Notes: generated by a model from the sequence alone, not told the origin. Positions 24,329 to 38,486 are shown, counted from the stretch's first letter. The stretch: DNA of 64,000 nucleotides from Octopus sinensis (GCF_006345805.1 NC_042998.1:74710001-74774000); one strand, 5' to 3'. Program-made: numbers and translations.

Positions 24329-26421
24329 ACATTATATATAAGGGCTTAGTAAAATAAATTACTTTGCCACATACTGAACTCATTAGAAATAGCAGCTAAA
24401 GAAATTTCTTCAGCTATTTCTAATACTTAAAGAAGATCTCTCTCAGATAGTGTTTGCCTAAACCAACTCACAAAAGTATGGGGGAAAAAACATTAACAAA
24501 TCAAGTGCAAAGGTTATTTGAGAACGTACGTTTCTAGATTAGTCAATTCGACATTTCTTTCTTCAGCTCAGAATTCCTTGAATCCGATTTGGGAACACTG
24601 AAAGTCGGGAGCACACCCTTTCGGCTTCTAATCACCTCTAGAATTCTGCTCGAACTAAAAGTGCTATCAAATTCGAATATGCAAGCGAAGAATTTCTGCT
24701 CTCCCCTTTCCACCAGCGTGGGCTAAAATTGACAAACACCATGTATTAACGGTGAAAACCGCACCATTTAGCAGAGAGAGATGAATTATAATTTCAACAA
24801 TTGAGGGTAAAATTAATTAATTATTAATCAATTTTACCAAGTATTCAGTATGTAAAGGGACCATTAAAGGCGAATTCAAAATATTACATTATATATAAGG
24901 GCTTAGTAAAATAAATTACTTTGCCACATACTGAACTCATTAGAAATAGCAGCTAAAGAAATTTCTTCAGCTATTTCTAATACTTAAAGAAGATCTCTCT
25001 CAGATAGTGTTTGCCTAGACCAACTCACAAAAGTATGGGGGAAAAAACATTAAAAAATCAAGTGCAAAGGTTATTTGAGAACGTACGTTTCTAGATTAGT
25101 CAATTCGATATTTCTTTCTTCAGCTCAGAATTCCTTGAATCCGATTTGGGAACACTGAAAGTCGGGAGCACACCTTTCGGCTTCTAATCACCTCTAGAAT
25201 TCTGCTCGAACTAAAAGTGCTATCAAATTCGAATATGCAAGCGAAGAATTTCTGCTCTCCCTTTCCACCAGCGTGGGTTAAAATTGACAAACACCATGTA
25301 TTAACGGTGAAAACCGCACCATTTAGCAGAGAGAGATGAATTATAATTTCAACAATTGAGGGTAAAATTAATTAATTATTAATCAATTTCACCAAGTATT
25401 CAGTATGTAAAGGGACCATTATAGGCGAATTCAAAATATTACATTATATATAAGGGCTTAGTAAAATAAATTACTTTGCCACATACTGAACTCATTAGAA
25501 ATAGCAGCTAAAGAAATTTCTTCAGCTATTTCTAATACTTAAAGAAGATCTCTCTCAGATAGTGTTTGCCTAAACCAACTCACAAAAGTATGGGGGAAAA
25601 AACATTAAAAAATCAACTGCAAAGGTTATTTGAGAACGTACGTTTCTAGATTAGTCAATTCGACATTTCTTTCTTCAGCTCAGAATTCCTTGAATCCGAT
25701 TTGGGAACACTGAAAGTCGGGAGCACACCCTTTCGGCTTCTAATCACCTCTAGAATTCTGCTCGAACTAAAAGTGCTATCAAATTCGAATATGCAAGCGA
25801 AGAATTTCTGCTCTCCCCTTTCCACCAGCGTGGGTTAAAATTGACAAACACTATGTATTAACGGTGAAAACCGCACCATTTAGCAGAGAGAGATGAATTA
25901 ATAATTTCAACAATTGAGGGTAAAATTAATTAATTATTAATCAATTTCACCAAGTATTCAGTATGTAAAGGGACCATTATAGGCGAATTCAAAATATTAC
26001 ATTATATATAAGGGCTTAGTAAAATAAATTACTTTGCCACATACTGAACTCATTAGAAATAGCAGCTAAAGAAATTTCTTCAGCTATTTCTAATACTTAA
26101 AGAAGATCTCTCTCAGATAGTGTTTGCCTAAACCAACTCACAAAAGTATGGGGGAAAAAACATTAACAAATCAAGTGCAAGGTTATTTGAGAACGTACGT
26201 TCTAGATTAGTCAATTCGACATTTCTTTCTTCAGCTCAGAATTCCTTGAATCCGATTTGGGAACACTGAAAGTCGGGAGCACACCCTTTCGGCTTCTAAT
26301 CACCTCTAGAATTCTGCTCGAACTAAAAGTGCTATCAAATTCGAATATGCAAGCGAAGAATTTCTGCTCTCCCCTTTCCACCAGCGTGGGTTAAAATTGA
26401 CAAACACCATGTATTAACGGT
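24329..26421 (-). repeat. Tandem array of a ~556-bp unit (3 full copies plus ~0.7), one hammerhead per unit; retrozyme-like
   Basis: agggcttagtaaaataaatt starts at 24341, 24898, 25453 and 26011 (periods 557, 555, 558). Units are nearly identical and both ends abut (TA)n. Confidence 0.97.
24519..24570 (-). ncRNA. Hammerhead motif in the tandem unit (also 25076-25127, 25631-25682; copy 26188-26238 lacks one A of GAAA)
   Basis: ugag CUGAAGA A-AGA-AAU-GUC-GAAUU-GAC-UAA-UCU-A GAAAC GUAC GUU ^ cuca; palindromic stem III ACGUACGU. Confidence 0.72.
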
Positions 26422-27722
26422 ATATATATATATCCGGATGCTTTGCATTAATTTTTCCGACTTTGCGGGTTCTGATTTCACATTCCGTCATGGCATGCAT
26501 ATGTGGTAGACTTCAATCGTCTTTCGGTTTGATACCACCAGCTGGCACCTTGGGTGTTTTTAGCAGGGTTCATCTTGCTCCAAGCATTTTGTTCAAGTTT
26601 TTCTTCCCCACTACATACCGTCAGTTTTGGAGACCTTATAACTATCCATGGGTAATGTAAACTTCCTAGCTGAAGGATACAGACATACCCACACCTACAC
26701 AACATGCATACCATACACACACATTCTTTCTCTCGTGCACGCGCACACACACGCATACACACACACGTACACACGCCCACACACATGTATGATATTGAAA
26801 CGCGAATGTGGTGTATATTTACTTTTCATAAATATGAATTCTCTTTCCATATGGGGAACTTACGGAATCCTGCTTGTGCGCTTATTGCTATGAATATTTT
26901 ACTTAATTTGATTTTGCCTTGGTGTTATTTTCTATGTATTTAAAATTGCTTTTATCATTGAAAAATTGTTGACTTTTGTAACGTATTCATCTCTGTCCAT
27001 GATTACAAACATATTAATTTTTGTTACTTCTTACCAGTTTTATGTGGTCATTACGTCGTTGTGTACTGATTGCCCTTTATAGATCTCTTCGAACTATAAG
27101 TTTCCTATATACTGTTTATTATCAACATTTTCAGCTTTTCTTCAGGACATGGGAGAGGTTTGGCGTTTTGTGTAAGTGGGAATAAAGTGGAAAATATCAC
27201 ACAAAAAAAAAACGCAACGAGTAATAAACTTAAATGAAATCGTCAAATTCATGAAAATCTAAGAAAAGGAGTGGAGGTTGCCATGTCCAGCGGGCAAGTG
27301 GTAACAAATGTGCAAAAGAGTTGCCATTAGAGGGAGGTGGATTGCGGTGTCAATGGAATAAATTTCACATAAAAAATGTTTGAGAAAAGTGAAAGCTACT
27401 GATTATTGAATAAGAAATGGCTAATTATTATAATCAGTACGCAGTTCTGGATCATATTCAGACATGACTTTCATGATGCATAAGACAGAGGGATATGTGT
27501 GTGTGCGTGTGCGCGCGTTTATATTTTTATTTTTTTATTTTATTTTATATAGTTTCAGCTCACGAGCTGTGGCCATGCTGGGGCACCGCCATTTGGTGTT
27601 GCTACATGATTTTACTTCACGAATGGTATTTAGCAATTGCCATTTGGTGCATGAGAGAGTTCGATGCAGCTGCCCTCAAGTGCACCTCCTGCCGTGAAAT
27701 TGGTTCGTCTGGGACACCTATA

Positions 27723-27797
<75 letters not shown>

Positions 27798-27819
27798 ATA
27801 TATATATATATTATATATA

Positions 27820-27867
<48 letters not shown>

Positions 27868-27868
27868 G

Positions 27869-28065
27869 CTTTTACCCTTTTACTTGTTGCAAATTGACCC
27901 CAGAGCTTATTCTTTGTAAGCCTAGTACTTATTCTATCGGTTCTTTTGCCGATCCGCTAAATTACGGGGGCGTAAACACACCAGCATCGGTTGTCAAGCG
28001 ATGTTGGGGGGACAAGCACAGACACACAAACAAACACACACATATGTATATATATATACATATAT

Positions 28066-28122
<57 letters not shown>

Positions 28123-28289
28123 CTCACACACATATATACGACGGGCTTCTTTCAGTTTAAGTCTACCAAATCCACTCACAAGGCCCGAGGGTATAGCAGA
28201 GTCACTAGCCCAAGGTGCCACGCAGTGAGGTTGAACCCGAAATCATGTGGTTCGTAAGCTAGCTACTTACTCCACAGCCACTCCTTCGC

Positions 28290-28293
<4 letters not shown>
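27869..28293 (-). mobile_element. SINE family A copy
   Basis: Head ataggcgaaggagtggctgtgg..., central microsatellite and 3' half, with a partial deletion near the tail. Confidence 0.85.
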
Positions 28294-28323
<30 letters not shown>

Positions 28324-28359
28324 GGACATACAGAAACATACACACATGTACACGAAATA

Positions 28360-28938
28360 AAAGCGCGAAACAGTGATGTGTCTCCATGATTGAGACCTTT
28401 CTGTGCCCGGCCATTCAAAGTAGACCTCACACGTGGTACCAGTAAGATGGGGCAACTGCCCATACCGCAAGAAACACAATACAGTTGCTACGGTAGTGCG
28501 TTCGAGAGAGAATAATCTCCCGCTCGGCAATGTCAACTGGCCTTCACGTTCCCCAGACTTGACTAGCCCGGATTTTTTTCTTGTGGGGGTTACCTGAAAA
28601 AGAGGGTCCATGACAACAAACCAGAGACCCTGGTGCAACTTAAGGAGAACATCAAGCGAGAAATCAGAGAAATGGGGTTTGAAACTCTTGAGGGTGTTAT
28701 GGTGCAAGTTTTGGATAGAGCACGGGCCTGCGAAGCCGAAAATGGCTGCCATTTATGCGATGCCATTTTTCATATGTGATGTAATGGTGTTAAAAAAATT
28801 TGACAGTGGTGTTATAAAATTTGACTTGTGCTTATTAACTTCCATTATGTCCTTTATATTTTATTAAAATTCCATGCATTTACTTGCATAGTAAATTATT
28901 AAAAATTAAAACCCATCAGTCACTTTTGGGACACCCTG
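28360..28938 (+). mobile_element. Tc1/mariner rosa-like (DD41D) transposon, 3' fragment with right TIR
   Basis: WYQ*DGATAHTA...ERIISR..GNVNWPSRSPDLTSPDFF.LWGYLKKRVHDNKPETLVQLKENIKREI, with about 41 residues between the last two Asp. It ends ...gtcacttttgggacaccctg followed by TA (28939-28940). No left TIR seen. Confidence 0.8.
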
Positions 28939-28944
28939 TATATA

Positions 28945-29142
28945 TGTATATAAATATATAGGGAAAGTTTGCGAAAAAAACAAAAGGCGAAGAAAGGTGG
29001 TATACAAAACAAACAGATGTATTAGTATAACGCTCAGGAATAGAAAAAGTCTTTTACGTTTCGAGCCTACGCTCTTCTACAGAAAGGGACACGGAAAAAA
29101 CAAGGAGAGAAAAAAATGTGTGTAGTGGCTAACGATCTATCA
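28945..29142 (-). mobile_element. Mini-element family X copy with hammerhead at 29051-29086
   Basis: cuuu CUGUAGA A GAGC-GUAG-GCUC GAAAC GUA ^ aaag; same start (atgatagatcg.tagc) and end (aaactttccc.tata) as 16040-16250. Confidence 0.75.
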
Positions 29143-29182
29143 TATATGTATATAATATATATATACATATATGTACATAGGT

Positions 29183-29229
<47 letters not shown>

Positions 29230-29339
29230 ATATATATAATATGAAATGTTAGTGCCAAGCAGTGTTTAGGCACAAGCAAAATTCAGATTAGTTAAAATAT
29301 GTTTGTGACTTACTTCAACTGCTGAAAGGCAAAATCACT

Positions 29340-29690
29340 GCAGTTACTGTGGAGAAGAAAGCTCTCTTATGGTAAAAAGGTGGGATAACACCCGATCATA
29401 TCAACTCCTCCTTATTGAGATTTGTACCATCTGATCGATAAATGTTCAAGCAGGTATCCTCTCTTGCACCTCCCGTGAGTTGGTTCCTACAATAACTGCT
29501 TGTCTATCATTTCCTGCGTCATCAGGAAGCCAATCGTCTTTGAGAAATTGCAGTTGTTATATTGAGCAAGTTTCCATATAAAGTTTCATTTAATATACCT
29601 TGACGCCAGTTAATGTTTTGTGCAACCCTAAGCGTTTTAGTGTATGCACCATCTAGTTTCTTCTTAAGTGCTTGTCTCAAGGTCCATGCA
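29340..29690 (-). mobile_element. RTE-type LINE 3' fragment
   Basis: AWTLRQALKKKLDGAYTKTLRVAQNINWRQ..LNETLYGNL...SQRRL resembles WTL...LDG-YTRMLR..LN-SW..H-TN-ELYG-L. Confidence 0.75.
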
Positions 29691-29789
29691 TGCACATAGT
29701 ACATACATACATACATACATGGGCTGCTTGATAGGGCGCTTGATGAGATCCAAGCCATTAACGTGAAAACCCGGAAGATACTAAACCGG

Positions 29790-30870
29790 TGCACTTAATT
29801 TTCACATGAACAGATGAAGACTGCGTCTACCTAAAACGAAAACAAGATGGCAGAGGTGTAACAGCGATTCAAACTGCTTTGAATGTCGTATCATTTCCCT
29901 TCGGCATTATCTTTGAACCACCAAGTGTCGAAGTGAATCCCTGGATCAAATTTTCATCAGAGGACTTCGAGCAGCATTTCTTGTCTGATAACCTTGAATA
30001 CACGCCCAAAGAAGTATGACTTTATCGAAATGTATCATCAAATGAAAGGATGAGCGTGTATCAGCAGAAGACCATGCATGTATAAGTTAGTAGAAAACTC
30101 CGAGACGATAGTAACATTGATCATGAAAGCAGACTGTCATGAACAAACAACTGGATTACTAACCCCCACTTTGAAGGGTATGCGTTTGCAATCTAGGAAC
30201 AGGAAATATCAACCAAACACCTGTTGCACAAAAGGGACAGAGGCTTAGGAAAAGCAGTAAAATATGATAACCGATGCAGCTTTGTGGAGTTAACACCGAA
30301 AATATTCACACTATAAGCAGTTGTCCGAAAATGTCATCACAGGAAAATCTACGGATGCGACATGATGTTGTAGTTAGAACACTGTATAATGAGATCCTAG
30401 GGAAAACCTTAATAAAATGTAAACATAAAAGACCTGACAGTGATTTGGGAAGAGAAGAGAAATTCTGTACAGTTGTGGAAATTAGCTGCCTAGCGGATGT
30501 TATCATAAAGCTAAAAAATATCGAAAAAGAAAATAACTACACTGAACAGTTGAGAAAGCTACAGTTACACTATTCAGATTACAAATTCAGGTTTATACTT
30601 GTGATTATTGGGGCATTGGAATATGTAAAACACTGCCTAATACCAATCTCGAGAAATAGGGATTCTCAAAGCCAGAAAGGAGAAATCTGATTCGAAGACT
30701 ACAGATCCAAGCCATCATTGGAATTGTAAAAATCTAAAAAACTTTCCAGAAGTTTATCATTCAAGTATATATGAGCACGTCTAGACATGGAAACTATATG
30801 CATGAGAGTACATGCATAAAACAAAACATACAAATCTGCAAACATAATGACCGCGTGTATATCGTTGGCG
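29790..30870 (+). mobile_element. R4/Dong-like non-LTR retrotransposon, decayed C-terminus (CCHC knuckle plus restriction-like endonuclease)
   Basis: YLKRKQDGRG (RT end), NRC..CGVNTENIH.ISSC (CCHC), RHD, KRPD...VEISC...K...Y..L, VIIGAL, LQIQAIIG; frameshifts and stops. Confidence 0.8.
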
Positions 30871-30879
30871 ATTTTTTTC

Positions 30880-31052
30880 TTCCGTCTTCCCTTCCTCGGA
30901 TCTTTCCTTTTCCTATGTTTCTGACGAAGAGCTCCGCTCTAAACGTTAAATCCTCCTTCTTTCTTTCCTTTCCTGAGCGTCCAATAACACTATACTTGTT
31001 CCACGTCCTCGCGTTGTTGTTTTCTTTTGTGTTTTCATGTTTGGATTAACTA
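30880..31052 (+). mobile_element. Mini-element family Y with a probably inactive hammerhead (30917-30951)
   Basis: guuu CUGACGA A GAGC-UCC-GCUC UAAAC GUU ^ aaau; canonical first core strand, but G12 reads U. Confidence 0.7.
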
Positions 31053-31062
31053 CATATATATA

Positions 31063-31283
31063 TACTCTTTTACTCTTTTACTTGTTTCAGTCATTTGACT
31101 TCGGCCATGCTAGAGCACCGCCTTTAGTCGAGCAAATCGACCCCGGGATTTATTCTTTGTAAGCCCAGTACTTATTCTATCGGTCTCTTTTGCCGAACCA
31201 CTAAGTGACGGGGACATAAACACACACCACATCGGTTGTCAAGCAATGCTAGGGGGACAAACACAGACACACAAACACATACA

Positions 31284-31350
<67 letters not shown>

Positions 31351-31531
31351 TACATACATACATATATACGACGGGCTTCTTTCAGTTCCGTCTACCAAAT
31401 CCACTCACAAGGCTTTGGTCGGCCCGGACTATAGTAGAAGACACTTCCCTAGGTGCCACGCAGTGAGACTGAACCCGGAACCATGTGGCTGGTTAGCAAG
31501 CTACTTACCACACAGCCACTCCTGCACCTAT
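31063..31531 (-). mobile_element. SINE family A, full length
   Basis: Complete head, central microsatellite and (agtaaaag)n tail. Confidence 0.9.
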
Positions 31532-31644
31532 ACATACGCATATACACACAATATATATATGCGTATGCATATATATATATATATACATAGATGCATACAC
31601 ACAAAAATACATATATACATATACATATATATGTATATAGTGTA

Positions 31645-31754
<110 letters not shown>

Positions 31755-31764
31755 AGTGTGTGTG

Positions 31765-31925
31765 TATAGTTGAAATTTACAGAAAACGAAAGACGAAGAC
31801 AGGTGTATGGACAACAAGCAAGTGTTTGATGCTCAGGAAAGTGAGAAAGTATTTTACGTTTCGAGCTTACGCTCTTCAACAGAGAGGAATAAGGGAAAAT
31901 AATAAAAAAGAGGGAAAAAAACTTG
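31765..31925 (-). mobile_element. Mini-element related to family X; hammerhead-like motif 31851-31886
   Basis: CUGUUGA A GAGC-GUAA-GCUC GAAAC GUA; stem I poorly paired. Confidence 0.6.
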
Positions 31926-33504
31926 TGCATTGAGTGATGAGGCACATATATATATATGTAATTATGGTATATTCTGTTAAGAACTTAGGAGAGTATAGTA
32001 TAAAGCTCGCCCACCTTCAGATTTACCCTGTTCTATCCAGTAGTGGGATTATACATTCATCCAGGCTTGCGTTTGGGCATCTGTCGAGTAAATAGATGAT
32101 TGAAAAACTTGGAGTCAACAGAAAGGGGTACGGTTGGACATTTATTTTTTAATCACTACAATTGTTTCCACGCAACGTAGGTCACCATGTGTGCAGGTAC
32201 TTGATTACGCAGCTCTTTCCCTGCATTACGAGATCTAGTTGTGTTTCTTCAGGCGATATATAAATATTGAACCCATAATTTCAACATCCTCGGCTTCAAG
32301 AACACCCTTTCTGGCTGTCGTGGCTTGAATTTAGTAGTAACCACTGATCTTAGCTGGTTGTATTGTTGATGAAGTGCCGTTGGCAAACTGCTTTGAATGT
32401 GTAGATGTAATATGATGGTGATTCTGGTACTGTTAAAAGGGTTGCCGTTTTAAAGAGATTCGCCTTCGATTTCTTTGTACTGCTGATTTGCTATTCATGG
32501 TCGGTTATACATGAGGTTGTCCTTAGCTGACCTTTATCTTTCAACGGCCGGACACACACACACACATACACACACTCATATGTGCATGTATATATATATA
32601 TGCTCATTCACCTCCATATGTACACATGTATATACATACTAACACACACACGCGCACAATCACACCCATAGATACAAATATATATATATTCACACACAAT
32701 TACATATATACATACACACATATATAAATAGTATATTTATATATGTGTATATATATATACATACATATATATATATTGATATATATATATATATGTATAT
32801 ATCAAGATATATATATATATATACACACACATAATATATATATATATTATATATATATATATATATATGTATGTATAATGAACGAATTTCAGAAATTTGG
32901 ATACGTTAGTATACAGTGATAAATAGGCGAGGAATCCGACAGCCCAGACGAGAGTGTTTATTGAAAACTTCATAAGGTTCATACTTAATGTTTGTATGTC
33001 ACTGGAGAGTTTTATAATTTCAGTGGTTTCAAATGAGTTACCATAGCTATGTTTCCACTCAGCTGCGTTAAAAGACAATCATTTTTATGATTTACTTTTT
33101 ATAGCCGATATATTGAAATATTTTCCCATTTAGTGTGAGAAGGTGTTGACAAATTGCTACTTTATTGTCCCTTCGTGTTTCAAGATAGTCAGACGTGTAG
33201 ATAACAAAGTAATTGTCTAACAAAAACTGCAGATATCTTCTATTTTAAATCACAATAATACCAAGGGGATTATTGGAACTTAGTGAAATCTATTGAGAGA
33301 GCTTATTGCACGATATATATTTTCCCATTTATTATCGTTACTAACTATACCAAGGTGTAGCACATTCAATAATAATTTTGAGTGTACCATTACAAGATGC
33401 CGCTATGTGTAGTTAAAACATTCACAAAGCTATCTGCTTACCTATATCTAACATACATAAACTATAACATCGTGATGTAAATATATAGTCACACAATGAT
33501 ATAC

Positions 33505-33554
<50 letters not shown>

Positions 33555-33971
33555 ATATATATATGCGTGTATATATATATATATACTTTAATATAGAGGT
33601 AGTAGGCCCCTACATCTCACCAAATAAATAGAATTTTTATTTTAAATACCTACTGTTTTATTACTTGGCAACACATGTTTCATGAGGTACATTCTCGGGT
33701 TCCTAAACCACTCTGTGTTTCCCTGGAACCCCTCTAAAATGCAACCCCAATCATCAGGCCCTTATATAATTTTATCAACGTTCAATACAATAAACTATAT
33801 CTTAATTTTTAAGCCCTTAAGTATGTGTAAAATAGGTATGTTTAAATTAGTTTCCCTGGACTCTACAGTACAAGCCATAATTCATATATATATATATAAT
33901 ATATTATTATATATATATAATATATATATATATATATACATGCATATATACATGCATATATACATGCATAT

Positions 33972-34002
<31 letters not shown>

Positions 34003-34007
34003 CACAC

Positions 34008-34400
34008 ACTAGGATATCTAACAAACTGCCTAAATACCAATCTTGAGAAACTAGTCTTCTCAGAACCAGAAATGTGAAAGCAAATTCGAAGACTAAATAT
34101 CCAACCCATCACTGGAACTGTAAAAATCTGTAAAACTTTCCAGAAGTTTATCATTTAAGTAAATATGACCAGGTCTAGATATGCAGCTATATGCATGAGA
34201 ATACATACAGAAAAAGGAAATATACGAATCTGCACGTACATATACATACATAAATCCATACATATATACATACGTATATGCAAACATACATACAGAAATA
34301 CCCTGTTGATATTATTGAAAATCCAATGAAGAAGCCTTGGATCTAGGTTAGAAACCGGATCTTTCTCTATTACCAAGAAATCTTGAAATAAACTGACATA
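34008..34400 (+). mobile_element. R4/Dong-like element, 5'-truncated 3' end plus UTR
   Basis: LGYLTNCLNTNLEKL...QIRRLNIQPITGTVKICKTFQKFII* matches the end of the 29790-30870 copy; flanked by (TACA)n-type repeats. Confidence 0.75.
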
Positions 34401-35709
34401 TATACATATACATACATATGCGCGTGCGTGCGTGTGGTGTGTGTGTGTGTGTGCGTGCGTGCGTGCGTGTGTGTAAAAGAGAGATGTTTTTCCTAGATCT
34501 ATGGTAAGTATTCTTGCAATTCAATTAGCTAAACGCTTGACTCAATGTAACCTTTATGTAATTCTAAAATAGATTCAGCGTTAGAGAGTGGTATGGAGGT
34601 AGGGTCTTTAAATTTACAAGCACAGACCTATTGGCGGACTTTCACAGTTTCTGTTGACCCAAGGCTACGATATGATATTTCGCCATGACATAACATCACG
34701 AGTTCAAAACACAACATAAACATGCGCAAGTTCTTGTAGATTTTGTGCTACAATCATTATTCTTCTTGGCTATCATTCGTAATCGTGAATGACTGTAGGA
34801 GAGAATTTTTACTTTCTTTTTCGTTTTTCCCCTTCATATTTTAAAATATAATGAAGTAACTTCAACGACGTTTTGCTCTTTCGTCGAATCATAGTACAAC
34901 CCTGACTGTAGATATTGGAGAATGCTGTTGTCAGCCCTAATGTGCTAAATTTTGCTCTATCTTTTCCTTCTTGCTATTTCAACCAATTCTATTTTGCAGG
35001 AGGTAATCCTTTCTTTATATATAACCCCACGTCATCATTTACGATTAGTGTTTCTCTCCTCTACACAGTTTCAGTCATTCCACTCGCTTTATGGATATAT
35101 CATTTTATGACATCTTTATAATTCTGTTTCGAACACTGTCATCGATGGTCTCCACGTTTCAACTCCTCGTGTAGCACACATTTGGGATACTAGAGTACTC
35201 TAAACACATTAAAATACAACCCAGTGCAAGTGCAATTCCAGCAGAGTAGAAGCAACATTAGGTACATTCGTTTACCGTAGGACGACTTTGTTAAAGGCAT
35301 GCTCGCACACAGAAAATATTCAACATAGTTCTCAGCAGGTACAACTTTTTATAGGGCGACGGTAAAGAGTAGGTCTCAGCGGAATATGACAGGATTTTGT
35401 TGATTGTTGCCACACTCAATCATCGTTCATTCTCTGATGATTAGTCATTCAATATTACTATCATCATAAACATGTAGCAATATTCCTCTGGCTATGGTTC
35501 TTGTTTCTCTACTCTTGCAACGAATAAGTGTTTCGTACTATTGATTAATATATGCAATTAATGGTATTGTTTCATTGATTATTAACAATTATTGATGAGA
35601 TTATAATAATTAGTACTATTTTTCAAAGTTTATTTCTTCACCGGCATGATCACATGCAACACATGCTTACATAATGCATTTCTATCGTTCTCTTCACTCT
35701 GTCACTATG

Positions 35710-35766
<57 letters not shown>

Positions 35767-36945
35767 ATGTATGTATGTATGTATGTATGTATGTATGTAT
35801 GTATGTATGTATGTATGTATGTATGTCCACATGTGTATGTGCATATATATACATATGAGACACGCACGCATACATATACAAAGGCACATACACATCACTA
35901 TCGACGGACATTACTCATACCCGAGATTTTCAGTTTTTATCCGGTGAAGAATATTTGTTGCACGAGTTGACAATGGTGTGAATTTGTTTAAGGTGAATCT
36001 CAACTCTTCAGATAATGAGCTACAGACTTTAGTTTCAGGTTCATCCGCTGTAGAGCATAAAAAAATGATACCGAGACTATCATACTGGGAAATTGCAACG
36101 AATAACCGCTGATACAGTTGTAGTCCTAAGTGGCACCCTATTCGCCAGTATATCTCGAATTAATCTTCGCCGCCAATTCAACATGTTTACCATTGGCACA
36201 AAAATGTACCTTTCATTTTTCTGCTACTACTTTTAATAGTCTCTACTATTTTGAAGAACCAGACGTCAAAACCCATTTATCTATCTGTACATTCATCATC
36301 TCGGCACTATTACTGTGTTTTGCTCCATATCCTCACTTGTCTCCTTGCTTTGTTTATTCTCCTAAGATCTCCAGCAACCCTCTGCTATTCCCTCATCCCT
36401 CATCCCGAGCCGGTTCATCAAGAGCTCAATCTACATAAATTTAAACTGAATGTAAATTAAAACAATATCTCTAGTATACGGGGACTAGAATGTTTATTTG
36501 AAAAGAATTTCTCCCGAGACTGAATATGAAAAGTTATAAAAACATGTAGCCCGACCTCTTTAATTCGCATATCTTAATAAATGAAAACACGAAATTAAGT
36601 AAACAAAGAAAATATGATTAATACAAAACTTATTGATAATGCTGATAAAATGCTTCGAGACTATATGTTGCAATTTCTTCCATATATGGTATGAAATGCA
36701 ATTTGTTTAATTATAAGTAGAAACATATGATTGTTGCTTAGAGCTATGTTAAAAAGAACATGTAACAAATAACGAATGTCTATACACTTCTTACCATACA
36801 TTTATTCCAGTCATACAACAGATACACTAGGCCTAGTGTATGACCACCGAAAATCTTAATTATATTTTTGTGTATTTAAAGGAATTTCTCTGTTTCTTTC
36901 ACATATACACGCACACACAAACTCACATATTCACACACACACACT

Positions 36946-36982
<37 letters not shown>

Positions 36983-37164
36983 CACAACAGTAACAAGAAT
37001 TCTCTTGAATGAACAGAAATGTCATCACATGCTCGTTCGATCTACCAAAAATAGTTTGCAAACGTTACCGTCTAGGAAAAAGTCATAGTCTGGCTTAGTT
37101 AGAACTGACCTAGGGTTAAAATAACAAAAACAACCATTGTCACACTTCATATGTATGTCGATAA

Positions 37165-37365
37165 GGGGTTGAGCTGACAGAATCCTTAACACTCGGGGCA
37201 AAATAGTGGCATTTCGTTTTCTACGTTCCGAGTTTAAATTCCACGGAGGTCGTCTTCGCCTTTCATACTCTTGAGGTCGATAAAATAGCCATCAGTTGAG
37301 TACTGGAGTGGATGTAATCAACTCTCTCCTACCTCGGAAAATTCAGACCTTTGCCTATAGTAGAA
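37165..37365 (+). mobile_element. SINE family B, diverged
   Basis: gagctgacagaatcc...gagtttaaattcc.cggaggtcg...gaggtcgataaaatagc. Confidence 0.65.
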
Positions 37366-37380
37366 TGAATACGTATGCAT

Positions 37381-37438
<58 letters not shown>

Positions 37439-38044
37439 ATATGTTTGGATGCATATATACACAAACAGAAGGGATGAGATTTTTATGCATGTTGTTCCCT
37501 TAGTTGGGTGTATTCCTGCGTATTACGTGTTAATTTTGTGCGCGAACATTATTATTAAATATGGGTCGAGCATACTATGGAAATAATATCAGAAAGTAGA
37601 AAACAATCAGGTCACATCTACTTTGTGTTCGACAGTTACACGAAGATTATGTCGGACACCATTTATCAAGGGAGACAACTTCCAGCAGCATTAACTTCTT
37701 GGGCAAATAACGTCTAGTTGTATGGACATGATACGGGAAATTTAGATAACATTTAGTTGAATCATAAAATAGATTTCTTTGTACATAAAAGTTTAGCGAA
37801 AACTGAAGCTAGTAACAGAAGATCATGTATATTTATAAGTGAGTCTCTATACCGTTTTATTTCTCTCGTTACTCCTTTATGTCGCTATAACTGATATCAT
37901 TTTATTCAATATATTATCTTTAGTAACACACAGCATCACACGATTACACAAAGAACATTAGAAGCAGTTTCTCACTCATACACACATACACATACGCACA
38001 TAAAACCATAAGTATGCGAATACATTTCATCTATATACATTTCA

Positions 38045-38078
<34 letters not shown>

Positions 38079-38329
38079 TGTGGGTGTATGGAAGGATGCA
38101 TATATATATATATATATATATATGTGCGTGTATGTATAACAAGACAGAAAGAAGGAGATGTTTAAAAAAACTATTGCATCTGTCTACACACACCAACACA
38201 TCTAGGTCAAAAACACTCGCAAACTCATGTGCGCACACATATATATGAGGGAAGAGGTATAATGGGGGTTAAAAGTACAATAGTCATCTATATGCTTTCC
38301 CCTCTTACTTATTTCGCATATACATACAT

Positions 38330-38360
<31 letters not shown>

Positions 38361-38422
38361 CGAATACATATATAGATATATATGTACATATATCTCATAT
38401 GTATATGTACATATATATATAG

Positions 38423-38486
<64 letters not shown>

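Noticed and set aside
27200-27330. Weak resemblance to a pogo/Tigger N-terminal HTH (KTQRVINLNEIVKF)
   Set aside because: Too short and degenerate; no TIR or DDE domain.
33030-33075. GAAAC-ATAGCTAT-GGTA with a palindromic stem III-like segment (minus strand)
   Set aside because: No intact CUGANGA or stem II upstream.
34320-34365. HHR-like spacing (CCAATGA...stem...GAAACCG) in the R4-like 3' UTR, also at ~63545-63585
   Set aside because: Essential U4/G5 and the NUH triplet are absent in both copies; cannot be called a ribozyme.
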